From: Azolla caroliniana | Lineage: Eukaryota > Plantae > Polypodiophyta | Reading direction: 5' to 3' | NCBI GenBank assembly: GCA_043228905.1 | Contig: JBHGNT010000013.1 | Location: 6,262,001 to 6,326,000 of the forward strand | DNA: 64,000 bases | Shown here: positions 1 to 12,906 of the stretch, piece after piece | How positions within the stretch are numbered: the first letter of the stretch is position 1 | How the letters are laid out: every line of letters begins with the position of its first letter | Position numbers and translations under genes: made by a program | The notes under the pieces: generated by a model | Databases searched by the model: none | Told to the model about the DNA's origin: nothing | What the model saw: only the letters and a program-made list of their open reading frames with translations

Positions 1-200
1 TAGAAATAACATTAGGCTTAGTGTAAAGTCACTTCCTTCATCGAGTATACCATATTTTGTACACGACTAGAACTCTTTTAGCTTAAGTTCTATTTTTACT
101 TTATTTGATTTTAGTTATGATGATTGGATAAATATTCATTTTGTTGTAAAACAATTGTCTCATGGGCCAATTTTGGCCTTAGAAGACGTTAATATATCTT

Positions 201-254
<54 letters not shown>

Positions 255-544
255 ACAATATAAAATGTGCATACTTGGATACAAGTCACATGGGTTATTC
301 CATCACTAGACCATGGAGATGATTCCCTATGTCCAATCCACCCCAGGACATGCACTTCATGGAGAGCTTACTCATAACTTTGCTTCACCACACTTGGAGC
401 TTATTTTTTTGTTTCGATATATGGAAAACATGAATTCACTCATACTTCGAAATTACAATTGGTCTTTAGGCATAATTGGGCTTCTAGTACATCTTAACAT
501 TTTTTTCTTTTGTTCTACTACAACACTAAGTATGCAGCTCCCCT

Positions 545-710
545 ACACACATCTCTCTCCCTTTCTCTAGTTTGACATAACACACATAATGTGTAAGGAG
601 CTATAGAAGAGGATGTCTCCTTCACTCACACACATCTCTCTCCCTTTCTCTAGTTTGACATAACACACATGCATGTGTAAGGAGCTATAGAAGAGGATGT
701 CTCCTTCACA
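545..710. repeat. Direct tandem duplication, about 83-bp unit x2
   Basis: acacacatctctctccctttctctagtttgacataacacaca...gtgtaaggagctatagaagaggatgtctccttcac occurs at about 545-625 and 628-710. Confidence 0.85.
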
Positions 711-1385
711 AACACAATAACTTTTTTACCTCTTTTATAAGTACACAATATGCTTCACAACAACATGCTTTATTCCTTATTAAGGATACAAAAACGAAAC
801 TAAGATGTTCCTTTTTAGATTGAGCATTATAGCTACTACACAAGGCCTAGATGTAAACTCCAATGTCTATAATCTCTTTGGCTCTATCTCTTTCTTTCTT
901 ATGATTCTTTTTATAGGGTGTTCGCACCAAGTCCACCCATGACAATGTGATGGAGAGGACACTTGCTTGCACCACTAGTCATGTCAAATGCTTCATCGTC
1001 AATTATAGGCACCCTTGAATGGCGTGTGTCTAGTCTTTGATCCTCGACCTTCCCATTATAAGCAACCACATGTACAAATTCCCACGCGTCCCTTTCTTTT
1101 CTCGTCCTCCAACGTTCACACCTTCTTGAACAACGGTCATTCCTTCCTCGTCATTTAAGCGTTTGCATTATGTACTTGGTCCTAGTACCCACAAACACAC
1201 TATCCATATTAAAGAGGATAAATGATGATGAAATCTTCCCAAATCACATTCAGCAAAGGTGTCCTGCCACATCTCTCTCTTATTGGGGTCACGGAATACT
1301 TTACCATTATGTATTTCATTATATGTATAGCTAGCTGGTAGTGATTGCCTCTTGCTTCCAAACAGTAGACTTAGCAATTAATGCA

Positions 1386-2105
1386 TTATAAAATGGGTAG
1401 TTGCATGTAGGACATCATTGCATCAAAATCGCTGAACAAGGATCCTTGGAGATTTTCTGGGTCATGATTAGAGTTGATGAATGGGGGGGACAATGCCAGA
1501 ATGTCCTGATCATCTATTGACAACTGATACTCATTTACGCTGATACCACGAGGTGAAGGATAGGTAGGGTAAAGGAAGGATCGAGTATATTGTGAACTGT
1601 GGATGGTGCAAGAGGAAGCACTATTCAAAGAATTAGGGATTAGAGAATTCAGGGTAGAATTTGGTGATGCCACTCGATGCGAAGACGGCGACATGGTTAG
1701 ATCAGGAGAGAATGCCGGATCCGATGATATTGATACCAAAGGAGGAGAACAATGTTCTGATGATGAATTTAAAGAAGAAGCACATGAAGTTGCAGTAATT
1801 CTGGGAGGCTTTGTTTGTCCTCCGTCAGATTCTGCGATTTCGGGCTCTTGTCGTACTGATACATCATCTTTGTTTGACATGGTCGGATCGACATCAATGG
1901 AAGCAAAATCATTGTTTCCGGTGAGCTTCTGTACAATGGCGCGGAAGTTCTCCGGATCTGTGGTTATACGTTGCGGGGCGAAAACATGCACCATGCGCAC
2001 GATCGGTTGGGGTCTGCTAGATTTTGTTTTGGAAGTGCTAGAGTTGTGGATCGCAACTGAATTCGTTGTGTTTCGTGGTCTGCTTACGGAATTAGGAGGA
2101 GCCAT
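1386..2105 (-). CDS. VQ-motif-containing protein (WRKY/MAPK-interacting family), single exon, 239 aa
   Basis: The ORF contains ITTDPENFRAIVQKLTG, matching the VQ signature FxxxVQxLTG. The remainder is Ser/Pro-rich and disordered. It is intronless, as is typical for VQ genes. Confidence 0.9.
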   Translation of the reverse strand: MAPPNSVSRPRNTTNSVAIHNSSTSKTKSSRPQPIVRMVHVFAPQRITTDPENFRAIVQKLTGNNDFASIDVDPTMSNKDDVSVRQEPEIAESDGGQTKPPRITATSCASSLNSSSEHCSPPLVSISSDPAFSPDLTMSPSSHRVASPNSTLNSLIPNSLNSASSCTIHSSQYTRSFLYPTYPSPRGISVNEYQLSIDDQDILALSPPFINSNHDPENLQGSLFSDFDAMMSYMQLPIL

Positions 2106-3984
2106 GGTCCGATTCGATCGGATAATTAGGCTTAGATATGTATTGTATTATGTTAAATGAGACTGTGGCCTCCTTGTTTAAGTTGTGTAATGGATGTTGT
2201 TAAGAGCTTTATATGTTAAGATCCAATTGTGAGATATGTTAATCAACATAAATTAGAGGTGGATATATTAGGTAAATAAATATGTTAAGGGTCTAGCTAT
2301 TGGTATACCATTTAATGAAAGCGCATACATATACATACATATATATATAGGCTCTAATTAATCAAGAAGAGATCGGGTTTATTAGTAGACAAACTTAGCC
2401 TTATATATGACATATGTATGAGGGACGAAATAAGAGATTTTTTCTCTGGTATTCTCTCTACCTTAATGCTTTTGACTTTTTCATCCTCTATCCATCCAAG
2501 ATATCTTTAGTCACCCAAAAGTAAACAAAGCGCGTTTTAGACAATCAAAAATTAAACGAAAATAAGTTTCGATATCAAAAGTCTTCGTTGCTGACAAGAG
2601 AGAGAAAAAGAAAAAACCAGGCGAAAAGTTCGTTAAGCGTGCTTTTTAGATTCTATAGAGTTCATGTAACAAAAACAGAAACCTAATACCCTTAACAGTT
2701 TTTGCAAATAAATATATCAAACTTTCACAATTTTATCAAACTATGTTGCTTTTTAATTAATCAAATTAACACTAATAATCATTATAAAGAAACTAATAGT
2801 AATTATAAAGAAACCGACTAAGATTATCATTAGTATTAATGAGACCATAGGATGCAACTTTTTATATAAAGTTGCTCATAAATTCTCAATTAGGAGCGTT
2901 ATTTCGAGCCTATAATAATACCCTATAATATAGGAGTGCATTTTTCTACATTTTGCCCTACTGCCAAAAACTACAACAATCATTAAAAATTCCTCGAATT
3001 TACATGCTTGAATTTTTTTGACGTTCTCAATGATATTTTATTTTCTTTCTTTGAACTTTGAATGTCCAACCTTAAAAGTATATATGTTTAGATTTCTTAA
3101 ATATAGAATCTTTTAAATTTGTACCATGGCCATAATATTATAGACACAAACTTAAGGAATAATACTGAAAGCCAATGGATTTGGGGTAGAACTTGTGATA
3201 AACAGGTTATCCTAGGTCCAATGGATATTTCACCCCTAAGGACATGAAAAATGTGGCAATCTTGTATCATAAGGAGTCCTACAAAATAAAGGGGACTACG
3301 TACACTCGTCTAGACAACATTTAGTATGTGTTGTCAAGACTTTGTTATGTGAGTCAAAGCTCTCTTATCTTCGATCATGCGTTCGTTTATTTATGAGGTA
3401 TAACAAATTACACCATATTCAACAATATTTCGTCTCTTGCTCTTTCATCAAGTTTTGTTGATGTGGGACTTGGATAACACTACAAACAAAATAGCTTGTT
3501 AGTGATGCCAAAATGTGTTGCTAATTGCGTCACTTAAATATCATCACGTTGCTAAGCGACACACATACATATTTACATGCATGCACGCACACACACACAC
3601 ACATACTTACACCTTTACATATATGCAAGCACACTACATAAAACACATACATATATGTAGAAAATTCAGCTCTCGATGCGTAGATGAAAGTTAGAGGGTT
3701 CGAAGATCAAATAGGAAAATAAATAAATTAAATTAAATATAACTAATAAGGTGAAGAAGAGACAAAGCAAATGGAGAAAGGATTTTCATATAACATAAGG
3801 GGTACAATGGCTTTGTTATATAGGTGTTGCAAAGTCCAACATTTTCTACAAATAGCATTTATTATATATGTTTCTTTGATAGTGCACTTGATAAAGTCTT
3901 TGACTTTGTAACAAAGGTCATAAGATCAAGTCTCATGTGTGCATGCATACTCGTCATGTATCCCCACTTTTACTACCAAATGTT

Positions 3985-4336
3985 AATAATTAAGCTTGAA
4001 CTTTTAACAATATATACGTAGTTTTCATGAAACACTATTTACATGGTCATTATATTTACAGAGTTTACATAAATATTTACACGCATAAATATTTAAAAAT
4101 ATACATGAAACAATAATTAAGCTTGACTTTAACAATATATACGTAGTTTTCATGAAACACTATTTACATGGTCATTATATTTACAGAGTTTACATAAATA
4201 TTTACACGCATAAATATTTAAAAATATACATGAAACAATAATTAAGCTTGACTTTAACAATATATACGTAGTTTTCATGAAACACTATTTACATGGTCAT
4301 TATATTTATAGAGTTTACATAAATATTTACACACAT
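3985..4336. repeat. Minisatellite, 125-127-bp unit x about 2.8
   Basis: aataattaagcttga...catgaaac starts at 3985, 4112 and 4237, with near-identical copies. Confidence 0.9.
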
Positions 4337-7300
4337 GCATACACACTCGTACCCTTACTTATACAGAAGTACACCGCATAAAACACATTATAATACATAT
4401 ATTTATACATACACACGCATATTGATATGTATGCATTTACAACTAAGTCATAAGCATACAAAAACAGTTATGTCTACACTTTGATACAAGAACTTCATAA
4501 ATACAATCAAATATGATCACAAATAATATAAAAAACTTTTTTCTTTTGTCCTTCTATCAATGTTTTGCCTAGATAGGCAATAAATCTAAGCATGATAACT
4601 AGCCCCATGAAACATGTTGCATCAAAATTGAGAATATGTCTAAAGATTCAAACTTTTTCTTTTCCTAGGCGAACTTTCACAAACATTTGAACTATATAAC
4701 AAGATGCAGTTTTAACGCAACATAGATAGCAACCAGAAGTTCATGAAGATTAGGAATTCCATAGAGCGATCTATATAACACTACAAGGGCAAAAGATAGA
4801 AAATATAAGCATATATAGATAGCAATAGAGATAGAGAAATGCACACTAGTCCTCTCTTCCCTCTCTTTCCAAAGAGAATGTCTCGTTTGACATGAGGTTG
4901 TTGGAGTTGAGCTTGTATGGTACTCAAATGAAAAAAGCTAGAATAGTCTCCAATGATTGTCACCATTCCATTTTTACTTTGTTCTAGAAAACAATAGGTA
5001 CAAGCTTTGAACAAGAAATCAAGTCATGATGGTAATAATTAGGAGGAGAGTTTAATTAATTCACATGATCAGAGAGAGAGAGAGAGAATTAAAATTCCCA
5101 CCATTGAAACAAATCATTACCAACTATAGTTTCTTTTTTTTCTCTGAAAAAAGTATTCTTCATTTGTAGAATTCTGCATACATGACAAAATGATTAGGCT
5201 AAAAACATTACAATGGCTCTAGCCATGATGATCTATGAAAACCACAAATAAGGGTATTGAAAGACAAAAAAAAGAATGTCACGAGACATTGTATATGTAT
5301 CAAACACAGAATGTAACCATGTCCTCCAACTCCATAATTAGAATAGTTATCCCTATTTTCCTTTCACCTATTCTCCAAGTTGCAACTCCTGTAATGTCAC
5401 ATGAGCTATGATGAATGATATTGACATAGAACGTGGTGGGCCGCCTTGGTTAGCCCACAAATATCCTCTCCCATGTTAACAACTATAGTATTTTATCCTC
5501 TATCTTGTTGACATTGGTGATCATTACATGATTAAAGGGAAATATCTTACCAATAGTTAAAACATGGTACTTCTCGTTATGGAAGTTGTCTTGCAAACAA
5601 TATACACTTGTATATAAGGTTGTGACCATCAAATATATACAGTTTGTGAGCCTCAAAACAATGTTTCAAGTGCTTTGAACTTTGCATAACTAAAACAAAT
5701 GTTCCTCACATTTTTATTTCGTGTGAATTTGGATAAGAATGATCCTCTTGAGAGGTCCAATGATGCTAAGCTTGGATTGAGCCCCATTCCTCTAAGCATA
5801 GATTGGACTCCATCATCAAATAGAAAAAAAGGCAAGAACATCTGTTTTAGCTATATGCAAAATTTAAAACAGTTGTAACATTGTTTAATCCATTGTTCTT
5901 TCACAATGGTGAAAGGGTTGATCTCCAAGATTGTTAAGTCAAGATTTGTTGGTTGAAAGGAATTATTTCCAACCAAAAAATCACTAGTCATTCATGAAAA
6001 CTATAAGAGGTTCTTTGTCCATATTTCAAAATTGGACCAAAATGAGATCACCTTCACAAACCAAGAATACACCTTTCATAAAGGCTTTGAGTTTTGGTCG
6101 AATCTGAATTCAGGAAATTGTTAATCAACATAAAAAAACATGAAGAAAAGTAACACCGAAGAAGATAACCTACGTCCAAAGAAAGACTGGCATTTAGAGA
6201 CCCTAAGAGGGGTGATAAGTTTGATACTCAAAGTTGTGGGTTTGTGATGAAAAGCAAAGTTTATCACATCAAATGCTTTCAACAAACAAAAACCAAAGTT
6301 TCTTATCATATTCTCTAATTGAAATTAAAGTATTTACAAAGTTTACTTCTGTCTCACTAGAATATTTGCATTTAGTTCTTGAATGGCATGGATATGATGG
6401 CTCAAGTTGTATCTATTCCTATAAAATTGTTACAACTTTGTAAGTAATTTGCTAGAGTTAGATAAGATGATAAGAAACTCTAGCTTTTGTTTGCACATGA
6501 AAGGAAGTAAGGCATAATCATGCATACCCTACATGAGGCTTCTTCAAATCCTTAGCAACAAGGTGCAAGTGAAAAAAACATGAAACTATAAAATCCATTA
6601 TATCCAAAACAGTGGAAACAAATATTGTGAACAAAAGGTTCACTAGCATACAAGGGAGTTATGAAATAAGGATGAAATTGAGCTCAATGGCATGTGAACC
6701 TTATATGATCAATGGCAATGTCTTGGATATTTATATCCATAGGAACCTAACAACAATTCAACTAAAGAAGATATTTGCCCAAAAATATATAAAGTGATTT
6801 AATGGATTATCTTTGATTGTTATTAAAATAATTGGTATCATGATGTTACAAAGAAAATTCAAAGGAAACATGACCAACAAAAATGTGTTCTTTTGAGATG
6901 GTTCTTGATAAAGCTCACGTCAAATATGTGTATGTGCATGTGATTGTTAATTTGTGTATGTGTATGTGCATGTGTATGAATTTTAATTACATTGAATGGT
7001 AACTAGTGTATATGCGATTGTGCTTCTAGTTTTTGTGTGGTTTGATGGTTAATTAACTCTAATATTAACCGTCAACCTAATTGTTGATGTGTATGTGTAC
7101 GTGTAAGTGTGGATATGTATAATAATAATTATAATTATATGATAACATAGTTGCCGGTGCCCAACGTTGACGGTGGATGATGGCTATTGGTGACGTGTGG
7201 TGGAGGGCGACGGACGGCGGCAACAACCATTGCAATGACGAGGAGGAGACAACCAGCCAACAACAATCAATGGTGGTGAGGGATGAGCTTGAACAATGTT

Positions 7301-10300
7301 GCGTTTGAATTGAATGCTTGGGGCTTTGACTAGTGTCAAAGGCTCTCTTCTTCCTTAAATTCTAAAAATTACCCTCATGCGGGGTATTGAAGATAAGTAA
7401 AAATATTACGTTTTTGGCCCTATTATCGTGTGCCATCCAACATATGAGATCTCAAGTTCGGTCAACGTGACGGTGTTGCATAAACATGTGTGCATGTGCT
7501 ACTTGAGGGGATCACGAGGATCTTGGACCAGGGAGTCGAAAAGATGGAGGAATTGAAAGGGACAAGTTGAAGGTTCACGCTTATCAAATGATTGAACTAG
7601 TCAAAGGATCACGCTAGTCGAAAGGTCGCACTAGTTGAAAGCTAGCGTGAGTCAAAACATCAAACTAGTTCAAGGATCGTGTTAGTCGAAGGCTTGCTCT
7701 GGTTGAAGAAACACATATGTCAAAGACTCACTCTTGCTGAAGAAACGAGCTTGTCAAAGCCTTGTAGCAAATGCTCATGGCGCACAAATTTGTTTGAGTT
7801 TGACGATGCGAACTGGGTCGTTAGACACTAGATTACATGAAGAGGACCCTTTACAAATGGTCACAACCTCAAGTTAACTACGAGATCAAGCAAGACATGG
7901 AAACAAGAGGAGGGAAGGTTGTATTGTACGTGAGTCATGTGGGCCACCGAGACCATAACTACCTTCGACGACTACGATGGCTTGAATTGGGGTAGAGTTT
8001 TTGTGACACTCCATCCTCCCTAATCACTTCTAATCAGCTTGTCTCCTCCTTGTTTCCTCCATGGAACGAGCTCGAAGACCACAACGAACACCGAGCATGG
8101 GGAGCTCCTCCCTTTGAATGTCAAAAATCTAAAAGGGATAAAGAAGAGCCGATGATGAAATGAAACCTAAAAAGACAAACAACGAGAACGAAGACTCCCT
8201 CCTCCGAAGTTTCAAAACCTAGACAAAGCAGAGTTAAAGAATAAAAGAAATTGAAGAAGATGAAGATAAAGACTCCCGATCTCCCAAATATGTTGAAGAA
8301 GACCACCCCAAAATTGAAGAATGAATAAGTCCTCCCTACCTCATTTTATAGGGCGGGACGTGCCTCATTTGCAATAAATGCAAATTTCCCTTTCCCCATA
8401 TTAAAGTAAAAAAATAGAATATCTTTAATGCGGCTGCTCTAGCAAAGAATCAAACTTTGCACCTCCATAGATTGAAATCGTTTCGATTAATATTTCTTAG
8501 AAAAGATTGTTAATATATGTCTCACCCATTATATCTTTCTTAAAAAAATATAATATATATCCATCTTTCATTCTCTTGTGTCATGGTTTCCAATATTTTA
8601 GACAATTAATGATTGTGTTCTTAACGTAATGTCAATGGAAGCACACCAACCACACAGATTTGTACACTTCTAACGTTGCACGATGGTTATCTATTTATTT
8701 CACCATGACACTACTTATTGCACATTTCGTGATAGTGACAAGCTTGGTCACAACACTATCTACATATTTTCTAACGTTGATTTGTCCAAAAGTAATCAGT
8801 GTCCATACATGAAAGCACCTACCAAGATGCACACATGCAATCACTCACACATTGCCACCATTCACTTCATCAAGCATGGTGAGAGTTTATGAGTTTACAT
8901 GTGCTTAGAATTCAAAATATACCACTTATGTGTAGTGGAGGGTTTACATTGTTTGGTTGGTCTATCACATGTGCTAAGTACCAACCTCATACAATTTTAC
9001 AGAACTAGCCACAATAGTTGAGATCACTTTGCGAGTCTCAAACTCAAGCTATTTAAAATAATTGAAACTTAAACCAAATGAAATAAAACTACAAAACCCA
9101 TTAAATTAAAACCATTTAACCCAATCATAACAGACATCCTCATGTAAATCCTAATAAAAAGTCCTCTTATGTGTGCCTCCAAATTCCAAAACTATATCTA
9201 TAAGCAAGTATCCCAAATGACCTCCACCTTATTGTGGACATTTCACAATCTAAAAGTATATTGGTTCATCTGCCAATCGTCTTGATCTTCTTGATGGTGT
9301 TGATGCTCGACGTGTTTTCCATATTAGTTGCCGTGAACTTATATATTTCAAAACAACATAATATCCATAAAAAATTTGGTAACCCATGAAGATTTAACTT
9401 CGAAACCTCAGTTATTAGAATATATTCTTCATTCTCGAATTAAACATTTGAGCTCTAGATAAATATGAGAACTTAAAATAATTCTTTGGATTGAATTGTA
9501 TATGTTGCCACTTTGGAGAAAAAGCATGTTTTTAAATATAACTTCCTGAATTTGGTTTTGTCATTGTAAGAGTGCGATGTTTTGGAAACCAGGACTACGT
9601 TATTAGCATTATAGCCTTATGTACCAATTCTATAACTAATTTAATTGGTTATGGGTAACATAGTCGAGAAACCAGTTATTCTAGGATTTGAGACAAACCC
9701 ATATGAACCTATAACATGGGGGAACACATGGTGGTCTTGAAAACCTTAGGTGTTGCTCTATATAAAGGAGACTTACCATCTCCTTCATTATGTTGTCGTG
9801 AAGTTAAGGTTTTGCGATATCAAAATAATGTTAAAAATTTTGAGAAATAGATTTTCCATCTAGCGCTTGCGACGAGAAGCATGTACAATTTTTCGATGCC
9901 TGAATTGGAGCTCGGAAGCCCAAGATACATCCTTTGGAAGGATCAATGCTACTCGGGGAATTTGTAAAAATAAAAACTTTTTATTTAAAAAACAGAAAAG
10001 GGAAAAAGAGACCCAACTGCCAATGCATGAGGTAGTTTGTAAACCACCTCAAGGAGCGTGGCAAGGTAGTTGACTCCCCTATAAAAGCCACTCCCATCAT
10101 GGCTGAATAGGGGGAGAGGAGGAAAGAAAAAGAGGAGGAAGACAAGAAAGCGAAGAAAGAAGTTGGCGAAAAGAGAATGTATAGGATGCGGAGTGGCATG
10201 TTCAACTCTTTGGAAAAATGCAAGAAAATTGGTGAAGTGGTTCATGTCAAACGTCTCTTCTTAAACGAAGGTCGTGAGTTCAAGTCCTCTTGAGAGACAA

Positions 10301-11909
10301 GCTCAACATTGGTTGCGTAAACGGGTGCGTAACCCAGTACGTAGACTGGGTGTGTACAATCGTACGCAAAATATGGTTGTCGCGGTGTTTAAACCGAAAG
10401 GCCATTAGAACTTTATTCCTCGTAAAGAATAGTTTTGGGAGTTAGTGTAGAAGGCTCATTTATGATCGGTCAAGTACTGTAAATACTTGTGTCAGCCTGT
10501 GAAATGTTACGTGCTGAAACTATACGAAACACAGAATACTGACAGAGAAAAAATAGGTTTAATGGAGAGCTTAAGACACGATGTACGCGGGAGAGATAGA
10601 GAGGGAAAAACACACAGAAAAACTAAATTCGAATAATGTGTGAACTCTGTACATAGGATGTGCTCAAAGGGCACTTTTATACAAGTCCATACGGACTAAC
10701 AGAAGTACTGACACGTACTTCAATGCTCATAACTGAGTTCCTACACTAACTCCCAAATATATTCCCTCGCGGAATATCTATTCAACGGCCCCCACTTTCT
10801 GCACCGATCCGGCCTCTTGTTGCGCACTGGTTTACGCGCCGGTTTACGCATGGATCCAGCCAATGTTGACCTTGTATCTCAACACTCCCCCTCAAGCTCA
10901 ACTTGAGGCTCTTTCAGTCCTTCACTCCAATTTCTCTTGACTTCACGCCTCGCTCGTGCTCCTCGACCCGTTCGATTCCGTGCGCCTCGACCCTTACGGT
11001 CGGCTTGTCTGCTCGTGTGACCTTTTCCAGCTCCCTTGTTGTCACGGTGTTGGAGCCTCTTCTACTGCCCTTTCTTCGGCTCGGCCTTCAGTTGATTCGG
11101 CGTCTCCGAATCAAACATCCAAGCCGAATCACCTATCTCTGATTCATCTCCGGTTTTGTCCGAATTGGTTGTCTCGAATTTGTCCTCAATTTTGTCCTTC
11201 TCGCCCTTGTTGGCTTCATCTCCCCCATGTTTGGATGGCTCCATCTCTCATTCGCATCCGGACTCTTTCGTGGATCCGCCTTTGGTTTCTTCAGCCGACA
11301 CTAAATCGAATTCGTCATCCGATTTGGTGTTGCGGTCACTTCCGCTCCTTTCCTGCTCCTTTTCGCGGTCTTGCGAGACTTCTCTCCCCTCAAGTTTGGG
11401 ACGTCGAGGTGCCGCAACCCAAGCGCACCCGAGAATTGCCACAACTTGGCTAGAACAAGGGGCTTGGTGAAGATGTCGGCGTTCTGCCGATCCGTTGGAA
11501 CATACTGAAGTTCGACTTCCCCAGAGAGGACACGCTCGTAGACAATGTGGTAGTGCACCTCAATGTGCTTAGTCCAGGCGTGGAAGACGGGGTTCTTCGC
11601 AAGTTGGATGTTGCTGAGGTTGTCGCAGTAGATCGTCGTCGGATCGGACACCTCCACCTGTAGATCCTTAAGTAGTCGCTTCAGCCATATGGCTTCGCAT
11701 GTTGCGACAACTGCTCCTCGATACTCGGCTTTTGTGCTCGACAATGCAATTGTCGGCTGCTTCTTGCTACTCCATGCGATCGCAACACTCCCAAGGGAGC
11801 ATGCGAAACCTGGATGTGGATCGGCGATCGCCGGCTTTTTCGGCCTAGTAGGCATCCGTATAGAGGACTAGCTGCGCGGCAGTACCAGTCCGATATAGTA
11901 GCCCCCGAT

Positions 11910-12906
11910 TGTTACGGGAATGACCATATAATATCCCGTGGTGAGAATTTACCGTAGTATTCTATACACTTGGATGAGTGTGAGGGTTAAACAAGAGTAT
12001 AAAGAAGGGGAGGATTACTTTACATGAACTCATGTAAGCATAAAATAAGGATAAAAGATAGAAAGGAGAGAGAGAAAGAAGGGTGCCGATCCACCCGACC
12101 ACCCCCGAGCGAAGGGATGTGTCAAGATTCGAACTCTTGACATAACCATGTTGTAATAGAGTGTTATGTGTTAACCACACATCTAACATATAATCATGTA
12201 TATATTTTCTCATTGTAGGTTTTAGCTAGCATCATGTGCATAATTTCTCCCTTGTATTATTAACACTTGGCACATGCATGCGTACCTACTGCCTACGTGC
12301 TCTATTGTATCACATGCGTGCAATAGGTATGCATGCCACTCAGTATAAATAGTTGAGTTCACCTTGAAGGAATTCAAGGTGAACAACGCCAGTCATGGAC
12401 ATATCAATCTAGTATTCTCATTTCGCCCATCCTCTCTCCTTGATCTTCATCTCTATCTTTATGCTCTTGTGTCATTCCCCGTCTTAAGTTCCTCGTGTCA
12501 TCGCTCAGTCATAGCCTCATCATCCATGCTCTGTTTTAGTCCGCGCTTGGTGTGTCCGTGACAGGATGGAGACAGACTCGAGCCTCGATCGGCGTCCCAT
12601 ACCACCGTCGTGGCGTCGAGTCATACCTGGTGCTGGCGCACTCACTACAAGAGTCGATCCACCACGAAACAGAGTCTCGACGTAGTCAACAAGATGATGA
12701 AATGAGGGTAGCTAGGTGTCTTATTTAAAACGATACCCAAGGCCCCAGACAAGTTCACACTTGGCCTAATGGGTTGTCTCAATCCCGAGGATTAAAAGTA
12801 ATCCTCCCCTTCTTCATACTCACGTTTAACCCTCACACTTACTCACGTGTATAGAATACTACGGTAAATTCTCACCACGGGATATTATATGGTCATGCCC
12901 GTAACA
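11910..12906 (-). mobile_element. Non-coding element with about 112-bp terminal inverted repeats (TGTTACGGG...CCCGTAACA) and a 5-bp TSD
   Basis: 11910-12022 is the reverse complement of about 12795-12906. Flanks ccgat/ccggt duplicate the copia A target. A related copy lies at 58118-58573. Confidence 0.85.
12120..12563 (+). mobile_element. Solo LTR (444 bp) nested in the TIR element
   Basis: TGTCA...TGACA ends with an exact TSD GGATG on both sides. An internal TATAAATA is followed by a pyrimidine-rich tract. Confidence 0.8.

Noticed and set aside
1603-2160. 185-aa plus-strand ORF
   Set aside because: Antisense shadow of the VQ gene with no recognisable motif.
2472-2535. W-box (TTGACT) and CGCG box upstream of the VQ gene
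   Set aside because: Plausible for a defence gene, but single short motifs are expected by chance.
3985-4336. CRISPR-like array
   Set aside because: Plain tandem repeat without unique spacers, in eukaryotic DNA.
4600-6900. Possible decayed coding or transposase sequence
   Set aside because: Only short ORFs, with no motif I can support.
7460-8420. Possible old LTR/gypsy remnant with about 20-bp ctagtcgaa repeats
   Set aside because: No termini, TSD or protein motif identifiable.
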